DNA from: Lama guanicoe
Lineage: Eukaryota
NCBI GenBank assembly: GCA_013239625.1
Contig: MU056050.1
Location: forward strand, 2,714,084 to 2,778,083
DNA length: 64,000 nt
Direction: 5' to 3'
Notes under the pieces: model-generated
The model's database searches: none
The model's input: the letters and a program-made list of their open reading frames with translations, nothing else
Told to the model about the DNA's origin: nothing
In this document: piece after piece, positions 1 to 12,313 of the stretch
How the letters are laid out: the number at the start of each line of letters is the position of its first letter
Numbering within the stretch: position 1 is the stretch's first letter
Program-made: the position numbers and the translations under genes

Positions 1-241
1 GGGTCAACTGGATAACCACACACAAAAGAATGAATTTGGACCCTTACCTCAAAACATACAAAAAATAACTCAAAATGGATCAAAGACCTAATTGTAAGAT
101 CTATAAAACTCTTAGAAAGAAACACAGGTATAAATCTTTGTGACCTTGGATTAGACAATGGTTATTTAAATATGATACCAAAAGCATAAGCAGCAAAAGA
201 AAAAATAGATAAATTGGACCTCATAAAAATTAAAACCTTTA

Positions 242-321
242 GGGGATGGGGTGTAACTCAAGTGGTAGAGTGCATGCTTAGCATGCACAAGGTCCTGGGT
301 TCAATCCCCAGTACCTCCTCC
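242..321 (+). mobile_element. tRNA-Ala-derived SINE (camelid vic-1-like), short form
   Basis: A-box/B-box body gtggtagagtgcatgcttagcatgcacaaggtcctgggttcaatccccagtacctcc, with an imperfect aaaaattaaaa duplication on both sides. Confidence 0.85.
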
Positions 322-871
322 AAAAATTAAAAACTTCTGTGCTTCAAAGGATACTACCAAGAAAGTGACAAGACAATCCATAGAATGGGAGAAAGTATTT
401 GGAAATGATATATCTGATAAGCATTCAGAATATATAAAACCTCATACAATTCAAAAATGGAAAGAAAAAAAATCCAATTAAAATGGGCAAAGAAATAGAC
501 ACTTTTCCAAAGAATATATGCAAATGGCTAATAAGCACATGAACAGACGCTTATATCATTAGTTTCTAGGAGAATGCAAATCAAAATCACAATTAGATAT
601 TACTTTATACCCACTAGGATAACTATATAAAAACAAACAAACAAACAAACAAACCCCCCCAGAAAATAACAAGTTGTTAACAAGGATATCGAGAAACGGG
701 AACCCTCATACATTGTTGGGAATGTAAAATGGTGCAGTCGCTGTTGAGAACAGTTTGTTAGTTACTCAGTAAATTAAACACAGAATTACTAAATGATCCA
801 GCAATTTTACTCCTAGGTATATATTGAGAGAATCAGAAATACATGTTCACACAAAAACTTGTACACAAATG

Positions 872-1732
872 GATGCTGGCGAGGATGTGGAGAAAAGGGA
901 ACCCTCGTGTGCTGTTGTTGGGAATGTACTTTACATCTGGTACAGCCACTATGGAAAACAGTAGGGATGTTTCTCAAAAAATTGAAAACAAAACTATCAT
1001 AGGCTCTAGCAATTTCACTTCTGGGTATATATCAAAAGGAAATGAAACCACTATTTCAAAAATATATCTATACTCTCATATTCAACGCAGCATCACTTAC
1101 AGTAGCCAAGACATAAAAACCACCTAAGTGTCCATCTCTGGATGAGTGGGTAAACAAAATGTGGTATATATGTGAGTGTGTATATACTGTATGTACTGTA
1201 TACACACACACATATAAACCATGGAAGATCATTCAGCCATAGAAAAGAAGGAAATCTTGCCATTTGTGACATGGATGGACCTTGAGAGCATTATGCTAAG
1301 GAAGATGTCACACAGAGACAGATAAACACTGTATGATTTCATTTTTATGTGGAATCTGAAAAAAAAAGGAACTCATAGATACAGAGAACAAACTGGTGGT
1401 TGCCAGAGGTGAGTGGAGAAATGGCTGAAGGTAGTCAAAAGGTATAAGTTTCCAGTTATAAGAAAAATAAGTCCTGGGGCTGTAACGTACAGCAGGGTGA
1501 CTGTAGTTAACAATACTGTGTCGTATATTTGCAAGTTGCTAAGAAAGTAAATCTTAAAAGTTCCTATTATGAGAAAAAAATTTGTAACTATCTGAGGTGA
1601 TTGATGTTGACTCCATTTACTGTGTAATCATTTCACAATATATACATACATAAAGTCATTACATTGAACAGGTTGGACTAATACAATGTTATGTGTCAAT
1701 TACATCTCAATAAAACTGGGGAAAATTAAAAA
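872..1732 (+). mobile_element. 5'-truncated L1 (L1MA9-like 3' end) nested in the older L1
   Basis: L1 3'UTR ending aataaaactggggaaaattaaaaaa. Perfect 19-bp TSD aaaaacttgtacacaaatg at 853-871 and 1733-1751. Confidence 0.9.
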
Positions 1733-2201
1733 AAAAACTTGTACACAAATGTTAGCATTATTCATAGTACCTGAAAAGTGGAAACAACCCAAATGTCCAT
1801 CAACTTATGAATGGATTAAAAAATTTGGTATATCCATACAATGGAACATTATTCAGCCGTAAAAATGAATGATGTATGTATGGATACATGATATAATGTG
1901 GATGAATATTAAAAACATTGTGCTAAGTGAAAGTAGCCAGACACAAAAGGTCACATATTATATGATTTAACTTACATAAAATGTCCAGAATAGGTAAATC
2001 CATATATTTATGTATATTATAGATTTATGTAGAGTTTAGATTAATGGTTGCCAGGAGCTTAAAGAGTAATGGGAGTGACTGCTTAATATGTATGGGTTAC
2101 TTATGGGGATGATTAAATGTTCTTGAATTTACATAGTGGTGATGGCTGCACAACATTGTAACTGTATTAAAAACACTTTAACAAAAAGAACTGCCTGTTT
2201 A

Positions 2202-2355
2202 GGGGGGAGGGTATAGCTCAGTGGTAGAGGGCATGCTTTGCATGCAGGAGGTCCTGGGTTCCATCCTCAGTACCTCAATCTAAATAAATAAATAAATAAA
2301 ACCTAACCCCCCCCCAATTAAAAAAAAATTAAAAAAAAAATTAAAAAAAAAATTA
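2202..2355 (+). mobile_element. tRNA-Ala-derived SINE (camelid vic-1-like)
   Basis: gggggagggtatagctcagtggtagag...gtcctgggttccatcctcagtacc plus an A-rich tail. Perfect 19-bp TSD aaaaagaactgcctgttta at 2183-2201 and 2356-2374. Confidence 0.92.
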
Positions 2356-2374
2356 AAAAAGAACTGCCTGTTTA

Positions 2375-2815
2375 CATCTTTTGGCTATATTTCTACTGTA
2401 TAGTTGGTATTTTATTAATTTGTGGAAACTATTTATATTCAGTAGATATTAATTCTTTGTTTCATATGTTGAAAACATCTTCTCATAGTCTGTTGCTTGT
2501 CCATTAAATTTGTGGGGTTTTTTTGGCTGTACAGAATTTGAAAATTTTTACAGAGTATGATCTGTTAATATTTTCCATTATGGGTCCTGAATCTGAAACT
2601 TAAGATATTTTCCATTCCAAGATTATAAAAATGTTTTTTAACATTTCCCTCTAATGCTGTTGAGCTTTTATTTTTAATGTAGGTTTTACAAACATATAGA
2701 ATTTTTTATATGTTTAGCATAAAGTGGGAGTTTAACTTTCTTTTTTTCCAAATAGTCCTATACAATTCATTGAATAATGCATGCTTTTCCCACTGATTTG
2801 AAATGTTCCCTGTAC
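2375..2815 (-). mobile_element. Highly degraded ancient L1 ORF2 fragment
   Basis: T-rich antisense L1-like motifs (ttcccactgatttgaaatg, ttttccattccaagattataaaa). Confidence 0.5.
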
Positions 2816-3043
2816 ATATTTTGATAATAACATTGAAAATGTAGTAGTCATTCACACTTAGGTCTTTCAGAAATTCCTCTGTAACAATTGATGGTCAGTA
2901 TTCAAATAGCCTATTCTATGTGAATTATAAGACATACAAAAATAATGATTTTTATACCTATGCAGTTATTTTAACTATTTTCCCCACAAGGCACTTTTAT
3001 ATCTCTTAAATTATTTGATTGTCTCAATAATTTTTATGGTGGG

Positions 3044-4290
3044 TGTATTTGTCTGCTAGGGCTGACAGAACAAAATACCATAGACTTGGTGGCTTACACA
3101 ACAGAAGTTTGTTTCATCATAGTTCTGGAGACTGGAAACCTAAGATCAAGGTGCCAGCAGGGTTGGTGTCTGATGTGGACTCCTCCTTTGAGTTGCAGAT
3201 GGCTGCCTTCTCCCTGTGTGCTCACATGGCCTTTCCTTGGTATGTCCATGAGGCAAGAGAGAGGGAGAGAGACGAGAGAGACAAGAGAGACAGGGAGAGA
3301 GATAAGAGAGATGAGGAGGGTGGGAGAGAGAGAGAGAGGGAGAGGGAGGTAGAGAGAGAGGGAGAGGGAGGAAGAGGGGGGGGGAGAGAGAGAGAGAGAG
3401 AGAACTCTCTGGTGTCTCTTCTTCTAGGGACACTAATCCTATTAGATCAAGGCCCTGTCCTTATGATGTTACATAACTTTAATTACTTCCTTAGCAGCCC
3501 CATCTCTAAGTACAGTCACAGTGGGGGTTAGGGCTTCAACATGAATTTGAGGGGCACAAATTCAATCTATAATATGCATTCAATCTATAATATTCCATTC
3601 CATTTATAATATTCCATTCCTGGTTCCCCCCAAATTCATGTCCTCACATGAGAAATATATTCCAACAGCCCCCAAAATCTTAACTCATTCCAGCATCAAC
3701 TCTGAAGTTCAAAGTCTTATCTAAATATCATCTAAATCAATTATAGGTGAGGCTCAGTTACAACTCATCCTGAGGCAAAATTCCTTTTCAGCTGTAAACC
3801 GTGAAAGCAGACAAGTCATATGCTTCCAAACACAATGATGGGATAGGCATAGGGTGGACATTCCCATTCTAAAAGGGAGAAAGCAGAAGGAAGCAAGGGG
3901 TGACACATCTCAAGCAAGTCCCAAACCTAGCAAGGCAAAATCCATTAGACCTTAAGGCTTGAGAACAGTCCTCATTGGCTTGATGCCCTGCCTTCCAGAG
4001 GGTCTGCAGTGTTGTCTCCATGGACCTAAGTGGTGCTCTCACCCCTAAAGCTCTGCTGGGTGATGTTCCAGTCCCTGCGGTTCTGCAGATGGGGGTCCTG
4101 CTGGGCAGCCCTGCCCCCAGGGCTCTAGGTTGTGGTGGCCTGGTTTGTTGAAACTTTCAGAGGTGGGCCTACCCTCAAAACCTGAGGGGGAATCAATTCT
4201 GTCCCCTGGGCCTGTAGGAGTGGTGGCCCTGAGGATCTCTGAGTCACCTTCAGAGTCATTATTCTCTTTTCTTGAAGGATAACACACATA
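3044..4290 (-). mobile_element. MaLR element: MLT1A/MST-like LTR (3044 to ~3572) plus adjacent internal sequence
   Basis: LTR terminus tgtatttgtctgctagggctg...aaaataccatagacttggtggctta...ctaagatcaaggtgccagcag. Internal motifs aaatcttaactcattccagcatcaact and cattcccattctaaaagggagaaa. Confidence 0.8.
3256..3402 (+). repeat. Imperfect (GA)n polypurine microsatellite inside the MaLR LTR
   Basis: About 145 bp of near-pure purine GAGA/GGGA. It explains the RE-rich ORF 3043-3531. Confidence 0.95.
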
Positions 4291-4484
4291 ATTTTCTTAC
4301 TAAGCTTAATTTTAAGTACTTTTTTCCTAAGTACTTTCTTGCTTAGCTCTTAGAAAGAGACTTTATTCCTTTCTCCTTCCTCCTTCCTATCCTGCATCCA
4401 TTCTGCCTTCTTTTGTAAATCCTTAATTTTATTTTGGGAAATTCTCTCTATACATACTGGATAAAGTCCGTCAAGAATATTAAT

Positions 4485-4790
4485 TAAGATACCTTGTCCG
4501 ATCCTAACTCAGGAGCAGTGATGTGGACCCAAGCTGGGTCAATCAGAAGCTTCCTCTTGAATTCGATTTGTGAAGAGTGATAAAGACTGGATGAAATGGT
4601 AAGCAGTTCTTGCCCGACACCTTCTGGAGTTGCCTGGTTTCTGTCCTGGTTTCTGAAGAGCTGGGTTCGCCAGCCTTTTCTTAAACCAGTTTGCTCCCGT
4701 GTATCCTTCAAATAAATTGCTCTTTTCCCCTCTAAGTTAGCCAGAGTTGGATTTTGTTATTCACAACTGAAGAACTCCAACTCATATAGT
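4485..4790 (+). mobile_element. Ancient MLT1(J/K/L)-type LTR fragment
   Basis: 3' end aataaattgctctttt...taagttagccagagttggattttgttattcacaactgaagaactccaactcatata. Confidence 0.55.
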
Positions 4791-7789
4791 AAAGGTGATT
4801 CATTCATTCGTTCAGCAGGTATTTATTAAGTATTTACTATTTGCCAAGCACTGTGCTAGTCGCAGGGGAGGGCTTTCCAAGTGCTTAATAGGCTGATCTC
4901 TTTTTGTCAATAAGAGAGAAAATTGGGGGTTAGCACTACAAGCCATCATTATAAGTGCCAGGAAAGAGACTCTAGGAAACTCCCAGTGCTTCACAGGGAG
5001 TTAATAATTAACTATCATTAAATAAAGTTTAATAGAAACAATAAAAACATGAATGTTGGAATTGTAATACTTTTCTCTAATTGAAATAATTAATTCAGGG
5101 CTGTAATAATTTTTAACTTTGTAACAAGTTTCCTTGGAGGTCATATGTATTGTTACATTGTGGTGCAGGTTTGAGTAGATCCTGCTGCTAACCACTCAGG
5201 AACACATTACATAGTGTTGCCTATATGAGAAGCAGCTCCGTCAAGAAACAACGCCGATTATTTGAGGCATCTGTGTTTGTGATTTATTAATAGCCATGAG
5301 GGGAAAAGACACTCACTTGGTATTTCAGGCATTTAAAAGATGAAGGGGTAGGTTGAGGGAATGAGTGGTTTGGGGGAGTTATATAATGATTTCTCTCTAC
5401 TGCACCCCATGGAAATATACAGGTTAAGCTCTGATATTATCTTAAAGGTCTTGGGATTCTGGATGCTGCTCCACTAATGAAGATTTTAGCAACTTTGGGG
5501 GCTTAGTAATTGGCTCCAACGTGACCTTTTCATTGGAACATTTAGGCTCTCCTTTCAGATTCCAGTCATAGAACTGGTGTAGATTCCTTGGCATAATTGA
5601 TTTCGAGCTCAAATTTAAAAGCACTATTTTCTCTAGAAGAAGCATCTGAATTCATAGCTCACGTATCTCATGATCAGCAGCCAAATGTCTCTTTGAACTG
5701 GACTCTGGTTTCAACTGCCTGTGAAAGAACACGATTCTCCTGATTGGCCACCAAGCATTCTTCTCATTGCACTTTCATTTGCCCTTGAAAGAGCCTATCT
5801 TTCCAACTGGCCCTCACATGGGTGTGCCTTTCAAACTGGGTTTCCACCTCTCTAAAAATTCTCCCTTAAGAATGCTCTTGCTGACGTGAAGTTAATATTT
5901 ATTCAAAATCTTTGGGGGTAAATTCTGTGGTATTTAATTTCTTTGTATTTAGGAAAAAACAAAAATAAAAATTAATGAAATATTGGAATGTCCTCTTCAT
6001 CCGTGACATTTTAGCAAAATTCATAAGGTATACATTTCTTAACTCTTACAAACCTTTAAAGTGATGGGCCACACAACTCACTAAGAAAGGAAAAAAAAAA
6101 TAACCAAGGTGCCCTCCATAGTCCCCAAAGTTAATTTTGTCAATACGATGTATTCTATATCACACCATTTCAATCATAGCCTCCAAATTTGGTGAAAATC
6201 TGTGTAGCTGTTTCCATACCACAGGGAAACAGACAAAACTGGATGTTAATTACATATAGAAGACATAGACTACTGCTACTTGTTAGTACCTCCACCAGAG
6301 GGCAGGCATTAAAAAAAAAAAAAAGGAAAGGAGAGGCCCTGCTGTGAGGCCCTTGCAACACAAAGGACGCAAGCTACCTAAACCCATCTCTGAACTCATT
6401 CCCTCATGGTCCTGTTGGGTCTAGCTTATTTGAATGAAGTTATCTCAGGTAGGGACACTGGGTTCAAATCATGGTTTAGTCACTTCAGGCGGTCAAGAAC
6501 TATTTATTGAGTGTCTGCTGTGTGCGAGGTCCTGTTATAGGCAGGGAGATACAGGACAGACAAAAACATTCTCTTCTGGAACTAACATTCTAGTATTGTA
6601 TTTTCATAATCACAGTGAGTCTCAGTTTCATAATCTGTACAATGGGAGCAATAATACTAGAGTTTCTGTGAGCATTTAAATTAGATTCTTACACATCTAA
6701 TGAAGTTTCTGGATTTACTATAATATACAGTTTGTAAACAGTTTTACATAGTGTCTATAAAATTTTGTGTTCTACTTTATCTCAAACATTTTGCTATGAT
6801 TATTTCTATTCAGTATTTTAATAGTTATGTAACATTTCATTGTGTCAATTTATCGTAACATATAAACATGATTGTCTTCCTCTGTTCTATTGTGTACTTG
6901 GTTCATAGTAGGTTCTCAGTGAGTATTTGTTGAAAGAATGCATGAATATCATATATGTGTCTTATTTGCATCTTTTCACTATTGCAAATAACACTCTTTA
7001 TCTTTTGAATAATCTTCCTGGGAAAAGTTCTAAAAGTAGGATTATTGTATCAAAATGCATGACACAAGGCATGAATATTTTCATGATCCTCAATATATAT
7101 TACCATCATGGTGTCATGAAATACTGTACTAATTTAATGACTACCACACTGTGGTTTAATTTTTATTTTTTAATTATTTGTATTATCTAATTTCTTTCAT
7201 ATAGTTACTTACTATTTGGATATTCCTGTTGTAAAACTTATGTGTTTGAGGGGTGGGACACTTTGGAGGGAACACACGAGAGGTGCCACACGTAGGATGC
7301 TAATTGAGGAAGGCAAGCCTCAGAATTACCTCCTGAGCCATCATGGAAGCAGGAGCAGAGAATAAGGTGACAGAGGAAGAGTGATGCAGAAAATAAATCG
7401 GAGGGACATTGAAGAGATATGTTACATTTTTGCCAAAGACTAAGAGATAACAGATAAAAACTATTACCACAAGGAGTACCTCTTTGTTGCATCACATCAG
7501 GGGTGGGGCTGTTTTGTGCAATGAGCACCTGCGACACTGAAAGTGAAGTCTGCAAACTCTGCTGTCTCAGTTGGACTTGAGAGAGCTGATGCAGCACTGG
7601 GCATGGAAATGTTGATGAATTAGTATGAATTGGGGCCTGGTTAGCAATATGATTTGCATACCTGTGGTTTGGGGTTAGGCATCCCATATCTTTACCTCTT
7701 TGCCCTGAAGAATAGAATTGGTTGAGAGGTTGAAATTAAGCAATGAGCCTTTGATCTGAAATGGTTTGGTAAAATAAGCAATTGTGTGG

Positions 7790-9590
7790 TTTTGAAAAAT
7801 AATGTATTTTGAAACATTTTCAAACCTACAGAAAAGTTACAAGTGCAGTACAAAGAACTTCCATATCCCTTTCATCTAGTTTCCTAAGTGTTCACATTTC
7901 ACTGCCTCTGTACTCGCTTTCTTTCTCCTTCTCCAATCCCCAGACCCCATTAAAATTATGCCAACTGACCTAACAATTTTTCTTTTTCCTTTACGGTTCA
8001 GGATTCCATTCAGGAATTTGTGTTGCATTGGACTGTCATATCTTTCAGGCTCCTCCAATCTGAATGAAATAGTTCTGTAGTCTTTCCCTATGTTTCATGT
8101 CCTTAGCAGTTTTACATATTAGTGGTTTTACATTTTGTAGGATGACCCATATGCTTCTTTTGGACTAGATGCAGGCCATGTTTTCTTGGCAGAAATACTC
8201 CAGAAGTGATGTGCTCTTCTTAGTGCATCACATCACAGGGCACACAATGCCAACCTGTCCTGTCACCGGTACCATTAAGTTTGATCACCTGGTCATGTTG
8301 GTGTCTGCAGATTTCTCCACAATAAAGACATCATTTTTTTCTCTTTGTAACTAACTAGCATTTTGTGGGGAGATATTCCCAGGTTATGCCAATATCATGT
8401 TCGTCATCAATTCTCCACCAACCTCCTTTAGCCTCCCGAAGCAAACACTACCGTCATGGTGGCCAAATAGTGATTTTCTATTTCCATCAGTCTTTCTACA
8501 TTTATTACCTGGCATTTTACTATAAAGAAGAAAAGGGATTCTCCCCTGTTCCAGCTATCTATTGCTGTGTATCAAACTATTCTCAAATGTAGCTTAAAAC
8601 AATAATCACGTATCTAGCTCATGAATCTGCATCTGGGCAATGTGAGGTATCAACCAATGCAATAAACTGGGTCAGGAGGAGCCACTTTCAAGGTGGTCAC
8701 TCACGTGGCTGACAAGTTGGTCCTGACTTTTGTCTAGAACCTCAGTTGGTCAGCCTGAACCACTACATGAGGCCCCTCCATGTGGCTGCTTGATTTCATC
8801 CTAGCATTGTGATGGAAATTCAACAGCAGGCATTCCAAAAGAGTAAAGTGAAAGTGCATGGCCTTTTTCTGATACAACCTCTAAAGTCATAGAGCTTCAC
8901 TTTCACTGTACTCTGTTGGTTGAAGAAGTCACAAGTATCCACCCTGGTTCAAGAGGAGGGACATAGCATTTACCACTCAATGGGAAAGTTGTTAATGCCA
9001 CATTGTAAGAACAGCATGTAGGATAGAATATATTGTGGTGGGCATCTTTGTAAAATACAGTCTCCCCCATTCCCCATTTATTTATTCATTTATTTGTTTA
9101 TATCAATATGGACTCATGGATTCCAATTTTATATAATCAGTCGTAATCCATTACTATAATAATTTATTTTGATGTTCAAATTGTCCCAGATTCGACTATT
9201 GGGAGCCCTTTTCATTATTCTTGGAGCACTTCCTTTGGTGGAGGGTGGTACATATAAACCATGGTCTGGGTACTTGGTGCACTCATTGCTAATGGGCTGT
9301 TATTGCTTCTAGGCCCTCTTATAGACAGAGGTAGTCTGTAAGAGGGCCCAGAATACACACACATACACACAATAAATACATCTATAACTATTTCTCCATC
9401 TCTCTGAGTATAGATGTTAAAAAAGCATGGGTTCATATCAAAACCTCCAATTTCAACTGAGAATCTCAGGTTCAGTCTGGTCTTCTTCCTTTCCATGATT
9501 TTTCTATCTTCTCCAACAGTAAGAAACCTGGTGCTTATCATCTTCCATATAATTCTCACTTATTTGCTCAATTAATATAACCAGTCTCCC
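7790..9590 (-). mobile_element. Ancient L1M 3'UTR (L1MC/MD/ME-like), interrupted by an MLT1 LTR
   Basis: ttttcaaacctacagaaaagttacaag 3' terminus motif, plus atggactcatggattc and gatgttcaaattgtcccagatt. Confidence 0.65.
8547..9069 (-). mobile_element. MLT1(F/G/H)-type solo LTR
   Basis: tgttccagctatctattgctgtgtatcaaacta...cttaaaacaa...atctttgtaaaatacagtctccccca. Confidence 0.7.
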
Positions 9591-10924
9591 AACCACACTG
9601 GCTTTCTCCTCCACCTGCCCAACTCCTGCACCCTACCACCAGCACTCTGCATTCTCAGATATCAGCAGGCACATTGCCAATGTGCTTCCATGTGGCATCC
9701 TACACTGCTACAGCAACCCATATCTTTGGGTACCAACAAGCACACCTCCAATGTATCTCTTCTGTCCAGCTCCCTTCTTCTCCCCCTTACCATCCCATGT
9801 CCTTGGGTACCACTGGGCATGATACTGACATCCGTCTATATAGCAACTCCTGTCTCCCTCCCTAGCACTCTATATCCTTAGGCACTGGCAGGTATACCGC
9901 CAATGTGTCCCCACGTGACAGCTCTCTTCACTACCACTGACTCCTCCAAGCTTTGAAAAGGAAGATGGAAAGGGAAAGTGTGCAACTGTATTTTAACATG
10001 ATTGAAACTGGCCAATATGTGGTCCAGAATCCTCTGTCTTTGAACATCCACACTAGCTCCTTTTTAATCATTTAAAAATGCAAACTTGATCTTGTTACCT
10101 TACTTGAAACCCTTGGATGACTTTCTGGCCCTTAGGCTAAAATCCAAAAACTCTAATATGATTTCCAAGGCCCTACATAATTTGACAACTTTCCTACTTT
10201 TCCATTATAATCTCTGTTTTATTTCTCTGGATTCAGTCAGTTTCCCAGAGCAGAATCTACCAATCTCCAACTTGGAGTGTGTAAGCCTTGGCTGTCAGTA
10301 TTTTGGGAACTGATCCAAGAAAAGGGACTGGAGGTCTCAATGATCAGAATGCAGACTTTAACTTAATCCCCATTTTCAGAATGGCATCTCAGTGGGTCCT
10401 CAGCTGTGCTTGGTTTAAGTGTCTCATCCTTTAGTTAGATGGAGGGAGAGATCTGAGAACTGTTTGCTCCTTATAAAGATGTTCAGTCACCCTGATTTCA
10501 ACTCCATACTCCCACTTTCAGAGATACCTGGTACCTTTCATTCCTGAGTCTTTAGGATCTGCAATACAAACAGCTTCTTTAGGTTTCAGCTTTCTCTGGT
10601 CAGCTAAATCAGTTGCTACTCATTTATCCATTTTCTACTTTCCACATTTTATGGGAGGTAGGTGTTATCTTGCTTGTAGCCTCTCTTCCTGTTTCCTCTG
10701 TTCTCATGATTTTTGGCCTTTAAATTCCTTTACATTTTTTTTTGTAGTGGTCTCAGGAAGGAGCTAAGTGCAAGTGTTCAATTTGCCCAATTTAACTAGA
10801 AGCAGAATTATCTTAAATAGCAAACACCCTAGTTCCTTTTAAAGCAGATTCCATAAATGAAAATTAGATTTCATAGACTCATGAGCTATTATAATTAGAA
10901 ACACTTATTCAGTCCAGTGGGTTT

Positions 10925-11470
10925 TTTTTAAATAGATTTTTTTTAAGAGCAGTTTTAGGTTTACAACAAAATTAAGAGGAAGATACATTTTCCCATATAC
11001 CCCCTGCCCCTACACATGCATAGACTCTCCCATGATCAACATCCCCCACCAGAGTAGTACATTTGTTACAACTGATGAGTATATGTTGGAACATCACTAC
11101 CCACAGTCCATAGTTGACCTTAGGGTTCACTCTTCGTGTTGTATATTCTGTGGGTTTGGTCAAATGTATGATGACATATATCCACCACTGTAATATCAGT
11201 ATTTTCACTGGCCTCAAAGTCTTCTGTGCTCTGCCTGTTCATCTGTCCCTACCTCCACCTCTAGGGATCACTGATGTTTTTACTTTTTCCATAGTTTTCC
11301 CTTTTCCAGAATGTCATACAGTTGGAATCATACAGTTTGTAGTCTTTTCAATTGGCTTCTTTCACTTAGTAATACGCATTTAAGTCCTCTATGTCTTCTC
11401 ATGGCTTGGCACTGCATTTATTTTTAGTGTTGAATAATATTCGATTGTCTGGATGCACCACACTTTGTCT
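10925..11470 (-). mobile_element. L1 3'UTR fragment (L1MB/MC-like)
   Basis: ttaagagcagttttaggtttacaacaaaattaag, agtacatttgttacaactgatga, ccagaatgtcatacagttggaatcatacag. Confidence 0.8.
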
Positions 11471-11584
11471 TTTTAACACCAGGTACCTATTTTATTATAT
11501 ATTCATCCTCCTTCACTAAATCCCCGTATTTGAAAAGATTTAGACTTCCAAAACTCAGTTTGAGAAACTTTGGTTTAGTCAGTA

Positions 11585-11653
11585 CCCTCATTTTATAAAT
11601 GAGGAGAGTGAGGCCCAGAGATGAGAGGTGATTTGCCAAAATCTCACAACTAG
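11585..11653. mobile_element. MIR SINE, left half (right half at 19319 to ~19380), split by the provirus
   Basis: cattttataaatgaggagagtgaggcccagaga...cacaactag continues as tgaggggccaagttaggatgtgaatccaggtctcctg after the 3' LTR. Confidence 0.75.
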
Positions 11654-12204
11654 TGACGAGGTTCAGGGCAGGCCACCCCAAGATGTTCCACTCTGGCATG
11701 CAGATTATTTTGAGCTGAAAACAGTCAAGGCCCAAAAGACTCTGAAAGAACTTTTGACCTTCCCCCAACTGCCTAAAAGAATATAGATAGAGGACCCATT
11801 CTAGGAAGGGAGCCATCACCATACATGACTACAGTGTAGTATGAACTAGGTGTGGTGGACAGGGAGGAACCCAACAAAGTCTGTTGTTAAAAGTCCCCTC
11901 TGTGTCCCACTGTTTCTGTATGGCCCAGCCAACCTTTGTTTACAAACATTTGCTCTTTTTCATCTTCCTGTGAATTGCCTTCCTTCCCTTTGAAGTCCCA
12001 GATCCCTACCTCTTCTCCTTAGTCCAGGATGACACATATGCCCTGTTTTACCTGGCTGCCCTATAGGCCTCATAGTCTTACGGAGCCCCTGTACAAACAA
12101 AATTAAATTTGATTTTCTCTTGTTAATCTGTCTTATGTCATTTTAATTATTCAACCAGCGAAAAGAACCAGCAGGGGAAGGGGGAAATTTTCCCCTTTCC
12201 AACA
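11654..12204 (+). repeat. 5' LTR (551 bp)
   Basis: Direct repeat of 18766-19318. Starts tgacgaggttcagggcagg, ends ttccaaca, and has an ATTAAA poly(A)-signal-like motif near 12102. Confidence 0.95.
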
Positions 12205-12208
12205 GTTT

Positions 12209-12226
12209 TGGTGTAGTAGGCAGGGT
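12209..12226 (+). promoter_or_regulatory. Primer-binding site complementary to the tRNA-Ser 3' end
   Basis: tggtgtagtaggcagggt versus TGGCGTAGTCGGCAGGAT (15/18), 4 nt after the LTR. Confidence 0.75.
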
Positions 12227-12304
12227 CAAATTGCTGGCTGAACACTACTTGCCCTGAGGCTGCTGCAGCTGAGAGATCCTGGGACATCTGACAAAAGCCA
12301 GCAG

Positions 12305-12313
12305 AAGGTAAGA
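12305..12313 (+). promoter_or_regulatory. Candidate retroviral major splice donor
   Basis: AAG|GTAAGA in the leader, about 100 nt after the 5' LTR. Confidence 0.55.

Larger units (their letters stand above)
1..2182 (+). mobile_element. Old LINE-1 3' portion (end of ORF2 plus 3'UTR, L1MB-like), interrupted by a SINE and a nested L1
   Basis: L1 ORF2-end DNA motifs (aactcaaaatggatcaaagacctaa, aaatgggcaaaga, atgatccagcaatt). The 3'UTR resumes after 1751. Confidence 0.85.

Noticed and set aside
242..321. tRNA-Ala genes at 242, 2202 and 47429
   Set aside because: Degenerate stems, A-rich tails and TSDs show that these are SINE copies.
3043..3531. 162-aa RE-rich ORF
   Set aside because: It is the translation of a MaLR LTR plus a (GA)n microsatellite.
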